A stretch of 56,644 bases of DNA from Candidatus Omnitrophota bacterium (GTDB lineage Bacteria; Omnitrophota; Gorgyraeia; Gygaellales; Profunditerraquicolaceae). Both the position numbers and the translations under genes were made by a program. The notes beneath the pieces were generated by a model. It had not been told where the DNA came from. It did not search any database and worked only from the letters and a program-made list of their open reading frames with translations. Position 1 is the stretch's first letter. The number at the start of each line of letters is the position of its first letter. The stretch covers positions 1 to 56,644 of the forward strand of contig JBAZGW010000002.1 in the NCBI GenBank assembly GCA_041652635.1, given 5' to 3'. This document shows positions 27,940-35,849 of the stretch, piece by piece.

Positions 27940-29078
27940 GAAGCGGATTATTCGTTCTCCTTTGCGCCGGCGGGGCGGTCCTTTCGTTCAATGTGGCCGC
28001 AGCTGCCGCATTGATCCCTTCTATTGCCTCTGAATTCACGCTATCCCAGTTCACCGCGGGAAAGATCATCTGGCTGTATATGCTGCCTTACGGCATATCC
28101 GCTTTGTTTTACGGGCCGTTGATACGCAGCTACGGCCCAAAAAAGATAGAATCCGCCTGCCTTTTTATCTTTTCTTTAGCCAATCTTATCGCCGCCTTGT
28201 GTCAGTCGTTCGATCAATTATGTATGGCGAGGTTATTGGCCGGGATTTCCGGTGCATCCATCACGCCTTTGGCAATTATTATGGTGTCCCGCCGCGCTCC
28301 CAGGGAAGAAAGAGGGAAATATATAGGTTTGTTTTTCAGCAGTACCTTTGTTTCTTCCCTGGCAGGATTGTTCTTAAGCGGAATTTTACCGTGGCGCAGT
28401 ATTTTTCTTATTCCGGCGATCGCCGGCTTCGCGCTCCTGGCCCCCGTATGCTTATATTTACCGGAAGGATCGCCGGGCAGGGAAAGATTCCGGATGGGAT
28501 ATTTTATCGTATTGAAATATAAGAGAGTTTCCGGGATATGCGTTTATATTGCCGTGATCAGTTTTCTATATCACGGCGTACAGCAATGGCTGGGGGTTTA
28601 TTTTTCAAGCGCGTTACACCTGCGCCAGTTAGAAATAAGTTTTCTGATGACGTTGACCGGACTAAGCGGCATTCCCGGAGAAGCATTGGGAGGCAGGTTT
28701 TCCGACCATGCCGGCAGGCGCAGCGCGGCCAACTCCGGGGTATTATTAATGACGGCGGGCCTTTTTATTCTCGCTTTGTATCCCGGCACCGTGTTGTTGA
28801 GCGTGAGTATGCTTATTTGGGGGTTTGGCTGGGCCTTTAACCATGCCGGAGTCTCTACTTTATTGGCGGATCTGCCTCCATCGGTATTGAATGAAGCGGC
28901 CGGTCTTAACAGCAGTCTGCGTTTTCTTTCAGGAGGGGCCGGCGTCCTGGCAGGAGATTTGCTCTTGCGCAGAAGCTTTATAGCCGGGTTTCTCTTCTTC
29001 GGTACAGCATTATTGATCTTTGTTTCTATGTCTTACAAACTGTTGCGAGAAAAGAAAATTCCCGCGATTTATACCTGA
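27936..29078 (+). CDS. MFS transporter
   Basis: 380 aa and hydrophobic throughout, with about 12 predicted helices. GTGA overlap with the upstream gene. Confidence 0.75.
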   Translation: MRSGLFVLLCAGGAVLSFNVAAAAALIPSIASEFTLSQFTAGKIIWLYMLPYGISALFYGPLIRSYGPKKIESACLFIFSLANLIAALCQSFDQLCMARLLAGISGASITPLAIIMVSRRAPREERGKYIGLFFSSTFVSSLAGLFLSGILPWRSIFLIPAIAGFALLAPVCLYLPEGSPGRERFRMGYFIVLKYKRVSGICVYIAVISFLYHGVQQWLGVYFSSALHLRQLEISFLMTLTGLSGIPGEALGGRFSDHAGRRSAANSGVLLMTAGLFILALYPGTVLLSVSMLIWGFGWAFNHAGVSTLLADLPPSVLNEAAGLNSSLRFLSGGAGVLAGDLLLRRSFIAGFLFFGTALLIFVSMSYKLLREKKIPAIYT

Positions 29079-30223
29079 CCGGTAATCGCTCGCGGTATAG
29101 TTTTTACTCTTGCGGAAATAAGGATACCGCTGATCAGCCACCAGATGAAGGATACTTGAGGAAGGAAGAAAGTGAAATCGGTAAGATTATGCACCAGGAA
29201 AACCGCCCAGGAGCAAAAAATAAGCGAATAAAGGTTGTCACCGGTGCTGCGTATGTATTTGCAGGCTTTCCATCCCGTATCGATAACGAACCATAAAAAA
29301 GCGGATAGACCCGGGATGCCCAGTTCGCACCAGAGTTGCAGGAAAAGATTGTGGGCGAAAGAAGAAATAGAACCCGTGCAGTTGCCGGGGCCGGTGCCTA
29401 AGACCGGAGAGGTTTTAATAATGGATATTATCTCTTTCCAGTAGATGAGGCGGGCCTGGAATGAGAATAAGGGGGATTGGTTACCCGTTGTCGCGCGTAA
29501 AATGAAAACAGCCGCTGCCAGGGCGAAAAGACTGAATAACACGGATAGAGAGTGTTTTTTCAGCTTGTGCCTTGACAGAGCGAAAAAGAGTATTGCTCCG
29601 CAGAAAAGAGAAAATATCGCTCCCAGGGATTTTGTCAGCAAAAGCGCTGGAATCATCATCAGCAGCGGCAACCAAGCGGTTTCCCTGCGGAGTAAGCGTA
29701 AAGGTATGACGATTGCCAGGAAGCCGCCAAGGGCGTTAGCTGTCACGAAAGGCGCGAAGATGCGCCTGGATCCTATGTAATCGCGAGCGATACTCGAGTT
29801 TATTCCATTGGCGGTAAGATATTCCGATAAATGCCGGAATCCGTAAAAGTATTGATATAAAGATAGAACCGCTATTCCCGTGCCGGCGGCGGTAATTACC
29901 TCAAGCATCGTTAATGATCTTGGCCGATCCATCATCGACGCCAGCAGATACGCGGAGAAACAGGCCAGTTGGTTTATAATCAGGTTAATGCCGTTTACAT
30001 TTCCGATAAGCGCCGAGGGAAGCATCGTAATGGTGAGTATCGCGGCTGGTAAGAAATAAGTGAGCCCATCTCCCGGACTTTCGCGTTTATTCAGCAGCAA
30101 ACGGCATAATAATACGCATAAACAAATCAACAGCAAGTTAAGATATATCTCTCCTGCCGCGGGAAATGCCTCGGGAGAAATGAAAGGCCTTAAAAAGATT
30201 AATGTTAGGAATGCCGTAGTCAT
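29069..30223 (-). CDS. O-antigen ligase / polymerase (Wzy_C) family membrane protein
   Basis: Polytopic membrane protein. 'SFAHNLFLQLWCELGIPGL' matches the Wzy_C core. The 3' end overlaps the MFS gene by 10 nt in convergent orientation. Confidence 0.7.
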   Translation of the reverse strand: MTTAFLTLIFLRPFISPEAFPAAGEIYLNLLLICLCVLLCRLLLNKRESPGDGLTYFLPAAILTITMLPSALIGNVNGINLIINQLACFSAYLLASMMDRPRSLTMLEVITAAGTGIAVLSLYQYFYGFRHLSEYLTANGINSSIARDYIGSRRIFAPFVTANALGGFLAIVIPLRLLRRETAWLPLLMMIPALLLTKSLGAIFSLFCGAILFFALSRHKLKKHSLSVLFSLFALAAAVFILRATTGNQSPLFSFQARLIYWKEIISIIKTSPVLGTGPGNCTGSISSFAHNLFLQLWCELGIPGLSAFLWFVIDTGWKACKYIRSTGDNLYSLIFCSWAVFLVHNLTDFTFFLPQVSFIWWLISGILISARVKTIPRAITGQV

Positions 30224-30326
30224 TATGTTATAATTTTAGAACAAAAGTATATATGTGTCAAAGTTTTAAAACCGGGATTGGCATCGAGAATCCCGGTTAA
30301 AGTAATGATCCATACGGTATTATAGA

Positions 30327-31474
30327 ATGCCCTCTTTGCCTAAACTGATGGTTTTTAGTTCCGGCGCCTGTATGTATGGCGCGGAAAAAGGGTTGATAAA
30401 TCTTTGCGCCGCCCTGGATGACCGGTTTGAGATCACCGTAATATTGCCGGATAACGGTCCGCTGGCGGAGATACTGAAAAAACGCGGATACCGGGTAAGG
30501 CGGCATCCGCTCGCAGTCCTATCTTCCGGTCAGTCTCTTCCCCGAATGGCCCGGTATTTATTACTGTCCTCGGTCAATACATTGTATACTGTGATTTACG
30601 CTGTCTTATGCGGCTATGACTGTATTGTGGCCAACACGTTGTTGTTATTGCCGCCGTTGCTTGCTGCCCGGTTATGCGGGAAGAAACATATCTGGTTCTT
30701 TAGGGAATACACCCCGTCTTTTCGCGTCAATCGTTTTTTATCCCGGTTAGCATTGATCTTCTCCGACAGGATAATTTGTATGTCCGAGAACATAAGAGAG
30801 GAAATGTTCGGCGACATGGAATGGGGAGGGGAAAAGACGGCGGTGATCCACGAACCCTTACCGTTCTTCTCCGCGCGACAGGCCCGTCCGGAACCCTTGC
30901 GCCGGGAGCTCGCTATTACTCGGTCGGAGGTAATTATATTGTTGCCGGCCAGAATACACCCCTCTAAAGGGCAACTGGAGTTCCTACGCGATTACGCGGG
31001 AATATTGAGAAAGCACGAGGTTATGGTTTTAATGGCCGGAGATTGTTCTGCCGCCGTTCCCAGAAGCGTAGTTTATATGGAGGAGATCAGGCGGTTTATA
31101 AACAAGGGCGGACTGAAAGATCGTGTTACCCTGCTGGGTTTCCGGGAAGACATAGATACGTTGTTGCGCTTTGCGATATTTGCGTTTTTCCGATTTTGAG
31201 GAATGAACCGTTCGGAATAGCTTTCCAGGAGGCATTGTCTTGCGGGAAACGGACGTTGTATTATTCCAGTAAGGGACTTGAAGAAGCCGCCTCTTTCTTT
31301 AACGGACATAAAGCGGTTAAATTGGACTCTGTTTCTTTAGAGTTAGCGATAACTTCCGCTTTGTCTTTGCGCGCTGCGGTTGCCCCGGATTACGAAGGAC
31401 GCGCGATCGTTTCCAGTCGTATTTACCGTGAAGGCATCCTGCGTATTGTTACCAGCGGGAGTCGGCGCTCATAA
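30327..31474 (+). pseudogene. GT4 (GT-B) glycosyltransferase broken by a 1-nt frameshift near 31166
   Basis: Frame A (30327..31199) carries the N-terminal half up to 'DRVTLLGFREDIDTLL'. Frame C (track ORF 31043..31474) continues 'ALCDICVFPILRNEPFGIAFQEALSCG', the GT4 E-x7-E region. Confidence 0.7.
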
Positions 31475-31498
31475 TATCCGTTTAAGACCTTTTTTTAC

Positions 31499-31527
31499 TT
31501 GACAATTCATCCCGCTTATGTTAAAAA
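31499..31527 (+). promoter_or_regulatory. Candidate sigma70-type promoter of the ATP-grasp/kamA operon
   Basis: TTGACA (31499-504), a 17-nt spacer, then TAAAAA (31522-27). The -10 box lacks the final T. Confidence 0.4.
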
Positions 31528-31590
31528 ATTAACAATAAATACTTAAAATAAAAACGGAGGATTACCGGGAAAACCAAAGATCGATTCATG

Positions 31591-31625
31591 AAGGGCTCTT
31601 GCAAAGTAGGAGCCCTTATTTTTTA
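31591..31625 (+). terminator. Terminator-like hairpin inside the 5' leader (candidate attenuator)
   Basis: AAGGGCTC (31591-98), an 11-nt loop, then GAGCCCTT (31610-17), followed by ATTTTTT. It lies 20 nt upstream of the ATG at 31645. Confidence 0.5.
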
Positions 31626-31644
31626 TACCACCTTCTAATTTTCT

Positions 31645-32634
31645 ATGAAAAAAGTAGGATTAACTTACGATTTAAAGACTGATTACGAATTCAGGGAGGG
31701 CGATCCCCCGGACGCTAACGCGGAGTTCGACCATCCTTCCACGATAGACGTTTTGGTCAAAGCCATTGAGTCACAGGGATATAAAGTCGAGAAGATCGGC
31801 AATGTATCTTCTTTGTTGGAAAGAAGGAACGATCTCGACGTGGATATAGTTTTCAATATTTCGGAAGGCGCGCAGGGCAGGAACCGGGAGTCTCAGGTGC
31901 CGATGCTGCTTGAAATATCCGGGATCCCCTATGTGGGCGCGGATGCCTTGACCTTAGGCTTGACGCTGGATAAGGTCATGGCCAAGAAGATCTTCATGGC
32001 CGACGGGATTCCGACCCCCAATTCAATAGAGATCAAAGATCCGGCATCCATATTGGAGATAGACCATTTGCGTTTCCCGTTGATCGTGAAACCGAGGTTT
32101 GAAGGTTCTTCAAAAGGCTTGAGCGAAAGTTCCCGGGTGGAGAATCCTGAGGAACTCAAGAAACAGGCCGAATATATCCTGAATACTTATCATCAGCCGG
32201 CGCTGGTGGAAGAATTCGTTTCCGGGCAGGAATTTACCGTGGCCGTTGTAGGCAACGATCCGGTGGAAGTTCTGCCGGCCGTTCAGGTAAAGATAGACGG
32301 CAGGGTGAAATTGAACAATAAATTCTATACTTTCAGCAGGATCGCTTCCGACAGGGTGGAGTATATCTGCCCGGCGCGCATCAGCCAGGAACTTGAGAAA
32401 GAGCTCGGGGAATTGGCGTTAAAGACTTATATGGCAGTGGATTGTCGCGATTTCGGGAGGGTGGATTTCCGCGTAGACCCTGCCGGCCGTCCTTTCGTCC
32501 TGGAAATTAATCCGTTGCCTTCATTGTCCACGGCCGATGTTTTTCCCCTTGTGGCGGAAGCCAGCGGGATTTCTTACGAACAGATCGTGGGAAAGATACT
32601 TAGTGTCGCCTTGAAAAGGTATGGTCTGGAATAA
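31645..32634 (+). CDS. D-alanine--D-alanine ligase family ATP-grasp enzyme (paralogue 1)
   Basis: 329 aa. 'LIVKPRFEGSSKG', 'LVEEFVSGQEFTVAVVGN' and 'VLEINPLPSL' are ATP-grasp/Ddl-like blocks. Confidence 0.8.
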   Translation: MKKVGLTYDLKTDYEFREGDPPDANAEFDHPSTIDVLVKAIESQGYKVEKIGNVSSLLERRNDLDVDIVFNISEGAQGRNRESQVPMLLEISGIPYVGADALTLGLTLDKVMAKKIFMADGIPTPNSIEIKDPASILEIDHLRFPLIVKPRFEGSSKGLSESSRVENPEELKKQAEYILNTYHQPALVEEFVSGQEFTVAVVGNDPVEVLPAVQVKIDGRVKLNNKFYTFSRIASDRVEYICPARISQELEKELGELALKTYMAVDCRDFGRVDFRVDPAGRPFVLEINPLPSLSTADVFPLVAEASGISYEQIVGKILSVALKRYGLE

Positions 32635-32635
32635 T

Positions 32636-33634
32636 ATGGATATCGCACTGACGTATAATTTGAAGGAAAAAGACGAGTCGAAACCGCCGGACTATTTTTC
32701 CGAGTTTGATTCGCAGGAAACCATAGACGCGATCACCTCCGCCCTCCGGAAAAAAGGCCACAATGTCCTCCCAATAGAAGCAGGCAGTTCCAATCTTTTA
32801 TCATATTTCAGAAAGAACCGCGTCGATATGGTGTTTAATATCGCTGAAGGACGCTCCGGAAGGTACCGTGAATCGGAAATTCCGGCTATCCTCGACTGCC
32901 TGAATATACCATACACCGGTTCCGGCACGTTCGCGTTGGCGCTGGCTTTAAATAAATCAGCTACCAAGAAGATACTTAAAGCGGAAGATATACCCACCCC
33001 GCGTTCGCAGTTGTTCTCCCGCGGTAATGAGAAAGTGGATCCGGCGTTGAAATTCCCGTTGATCGTTAAACCGAACTTCGAGGGTTCCGCTAAAGGCATA
33101 GCTTCTTCCAATGTTGTCGCTACGCTGGAAGAATTATACGCGAGGGTCAAGGAATTGAATAAGATCTACAAGCAACCCATTCTCGCCGAAGAATTCATAA
33201 ACGGCAAGGAACTCACCGTTGGTGTGCTGGAGAACGGGAGCACGATAATCCTGCCGATACTTGAGATAGACTTTTCGGAATGCTCCGGCAGCGGAGAATT
33301 TTTTTATTCCTGGAAAATGAAAGAATTCCAGGGCAATAAGGAAATGGGGCTCCTCCCGCATTTTTATTGTCCGGCCAGGCTTGATAAAAACACGGAACGT
33401 TTAGTGAAAGAGACCGCTTTGAAAACTCACCGTGCGGTAGGCTGTTTCGATATATCCCGTACGGATATCAGGTTGAGCGAGGACGGCGTGCCTTATGTCC
33501 TGGAGATCAACCCTTTACCCGGATTAAACCCTAAGGATTCCAACTTTCCGATCATGGCATACGCAGCCGGTATGCAGTATGAAGATTTGATTGAAACGAT
33601 CTTACTGGGCGCCTTTAAAAGAAGGAGAGGGTAA
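32636..33634 (+). CDS. D-alanine--D-alanine ligase family ATP-grasp enzyme (paralogue 2)
   Basis: Collinear with paralogue 1 ('LIVKPNFEGSAKG', 'LAEEFINGKELTVGVLEN', 'VLEINPLPGL'). The ATG at 32636 is 2 nt after the upstream stop. Confidence 0.8.
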   Translation: MDIALTYNLKEKDESKPPDYFSEFDSQETIDAITSALRKKGHNVLPIEAGSSNLLSYFRKNRVDMVFNIAEGRSGRYRESEIPAILDCLNIPYTGSGTFALALALNKSATKKILKAEDIPTPRSQLFSRGNEKVDPALKFPLIVKPNFEGSAKGIASSNVVATLEELYARVKELNKIYKQPILAEEFINGKELTVGVLENGSTIILPILEIDFSECSGSGEFFYSWKMKEFQGNKEMGLLPHFYCPARLDKNTERLVKETALKTHRAVGCFDISRTDIRLSEDGVPYVLEINPLPGLNPKDSNFPIMAYAAGMQYEDLIETILLGAFKRRRG

Positions 33635-33635
33635 A

Positions 33636-34823
33636 TTGGAGAATATAATACTGGCAGAGCAGCAAAAACAACAGCCGGAACCGCAGATACGTTCTCTGAG
33701 AAGGCCTAGGGATTATCAGCAAATACCGCTTTTTAAGGATGTCAACCCCCTTGATTGGGAAGACTGGCATTGGCAGATGAGAAAACGCGTGCGTTCCAGC
33801 GATGAACTCGCGCAGATAATAAAGCTGAGCAATGAAGAAGAGGAAGCCATACGTAAAGCGAACGGCAGGCTCTCAATGGCCATCACTCCCTATTGGGCGG
33901 CTCTGATGGACCCGGAAGACCCAGCTTGCCCTTTACGCAGGCAGGCCGTGCCCGTGGCGCAGGAATATTCCGTGGGGCCTCATGAAATGGTCGATCCCTG
34001 CGCCGAAGACAGGGATTCGCCCGCTCCTCATTTGGTGCACAGGTATCCGGACAGGGTTCTATTATTGGCTACCGACCATTGCGCGATGTATTGCCGGCAT
34101 TGTACCAGGCGCAGGCTGGTAGGGGAACATGATAGTACCCAGGAAAGCAGCTGCGGGGAAAGCAAATTCGACGCGGCGATCGAGTATATAAAATCAAACC
34201 GTAAAATAAGGGATGTTTTGATCTCCGGCGGTGACCCTTTGACCATGGAAGATGAGCAGATCGAGGATCTCCTGAAAAGGATCCGTGCCATATCCCATGT
34301 GGAATTCCTGCGGATAGGCAGCAGGGTCCCTGTGACGCTGCCCCAGCGTATTACGGCTAAATTGGTCAGTATCCTTAAGAAATACAATCCGTTATGGATG
34401 AGCATACATTTTAACCATCCTAAAGAAATAACCAAAAGATGCCGCATTGCCTGTGAAATGCTCGCTGATTCGGGAATTCCCTTGGGCAGTCAGAGTGTAT
34501 TGCTGAAAGGTATCAATGACCGGCCTTACATAATGCGGCGGCTTATGCAGGAACTGCTGCAGATAAGGGTAAGGCCGTATTATATCTATCAATGCGACCC
34601 TGTAAGAGGAACTCAGCATTTCCGGACACCGGTAGCTACCGGCATCAATATAATGGAAAAACTGCGGGGGCATACTTCCGGTTACGCCGTCCCCACTTAC
34701 GTGATCGACGGCCCGGGCGGCGGGGGGAAGATCCCTGTAAGTCCCACATACATACTTTCCCAAGCCAGGGGTAAATATGTCCTGCGTAACTATAAGGGGA
34801 AGATATATACGTATCTTGAGTAA
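33636..34823 (+). CDS. kamA: KamA family radical SAM aminomutase (lysine 2,3-aminomutase-like)
   Basis: 'CAMYCRHCTRR' cluster, 'SGGDPL', 'YIYQCDPVRGTQHFRTP' and 'VIDGPGGGGKIPV' (PLP Lys). TTG at 33636 after GAAGGAGAGGG is preferred over the track start at 33591. Confidence 0.85.
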   Translation: MENIILAEQQKQQPEPQIRSLRRPRDYQQIPLFKDVNPLDWEDWHWQMRKRVRSSDELAQIIKLSNEEEEAIRKANGRLSMAITPYWAALMDPEDPACPLRRQAVPVAQEYSVGPHEMVDPCAEDRDSPAPHLVHRYPDRVLLLATDHCAMYCRHCTRRRLVGEHDSTQESSCGESKFDAAIEYIKSNRKIRDVLISGGDPLTMEDEQIEDLLKRIRAISHVEFLRIGSRVPVTLPQRITAKLVSILKKYNPLWMSIHFNHPKEITKRCRIACEMLADSGIPLGSQSVLLKGINDRPYIMRRLMQELLQIRVRPYYIYQCDPVRGTQHFRTPVATGINIMEKLRGHTSGYAVPTYVIDGPGGGGKIPVSPTYILSQARGKYVLRNYKGKIYTYLE

Positions 34824-35706
34824 TATTATTCAAGGATTCACGCAATCCATAAGCGTTTTTATCGCAGGAATAGCCATATTATTCCTGATGAACGGTTGTT
34901 CCCACCGCAATAAGCCTGTCCCCGTTGAATCCGTGAACATAGTGGCTGTGGTCAACGGCATCGTTGTCACCGATGCGGACCTTCAGTTCGAAGTCGAATA
35001 TTACAATACAGGATTGCTTGAGCATGACCCCGCAGGTATCCATACGTTATCAGGTAAAGCGGATTACTTGAAAGAAGAGATAGTCCAACGCCTTCTTCTT
35101 TATCAGGAAGCGGTAAAGCGCGGGCTGGATAAGAGCGAGAAGTTCAAGCGGTTGATGGAGAAAAACCGGCAGGAAACACTCGCTTTACTGCTTATAAACG
35201 AAGAAACCGGTATTCTTCAGACCAGCGAGGAAGAGGCCGATAAATATTACCGTGATTATCAGTTAAAGCTCTCCAATTTGGAGGAAAGGCATATTCGGGA
35301 GATATTGCTGCCTACCGAGAAAGAGGCTCAGGATATTTTGATCCGTTTATTGCAGGGAGAGGATTTCGCAGTGCTGGCTGAAGCATATTCCAAAGCAGAC
35401 AGCAGGAGCAACGGCGGGGACGCCGGATTTCTAAAAAAGGGAAAACGTGCTCCGGCATTCGATAAAGCCGTATTCTCCCCGGATCTGCGCGAAGGTAATA
35501 TCAGCAGCGTATTCTTCTCTCCGGAAGGATATTTTATTGTCAAAGTGGAGGATATTCGCCGTTTTCAGGGCAGACCTTTGGAAGATATGCGCGGAGAGAT
35601 AGGGAATAAGCTATTAAGAGAGAAGAAACAGGATAAGATTGAGAAACTACTGCTGGATCTACGAAATAATTCCAGCCTGGAAATTCACGAAGGCAGCATT
35701 AAATAG
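34777..35706 (+). CDS. Parvulin-type peptidyl-prolyl isomerase (SurA/PrsA-like), probable lipoprotein
   Basis: 'ILFLMNGCS' lipobox-like signal. Parvulin core 'RHIREILL...GGDAGFLKKGKRAPAFDKAVFS'. The start could instead be the TTG at 34816. Confidence 0.8.
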   Translation: MSCVTIRGRYIRILSNIIQGFTQSISVFIAGIAILFLMNGCSHRNKPVPVESVNIVAVVNGIVVTDADLQFEVEYYNTGLLEHDPAGIHTLSGKADYLKEEIVQRLLLYQEAVKRGLDKSEKFKRLMEKNRQETLALLLINEETGILQTSEEEADKYYRDYQLKLSNLEERHIREILLPTEKEAQDILIRLLQGEDFAVLAEAYSKADSRSNGGDAGFLKKGKRAPAFDKAVFSPDLREGNISSVFFSPEGYFIVKVEDIRRFQGRPLEDMRGEIGNKLLREKKQDKIEKLLLDLRNNSSLEIHEGSIK

Positions 35707-35739
35707 AATTCCACGGGTTCCAGGCCCGTGGAATTTTTT
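35706..35739 (+). terminator. Rho-independent terminator (between convergent genes)
   Basis: GAATTCCACGGG, a 7-nt loop, then CCCGTGGAATT, followed by TTTTT. Confidence 0.75.
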
Positions 35740-35849
35740 AGAATGAATGTTTCAACCCGTTAACTCTGCCGCCGCCGGTTAAGCTATAAAAACACCAGTT
35801 TCAGGCAACCGGACCGGCCTTGAGCCGGGATCATAATGCGAAGCACGTA

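Noticed and set aside
29069-29078. 10-nt 3'-end overlap of the convergent MFS and O-antigen-ligase-like genes
   Set aside because: Short convergent overlaps are common in compact genomes. Neither C-terminus shows evidence of mis-called stops, and no special function need be invoked.
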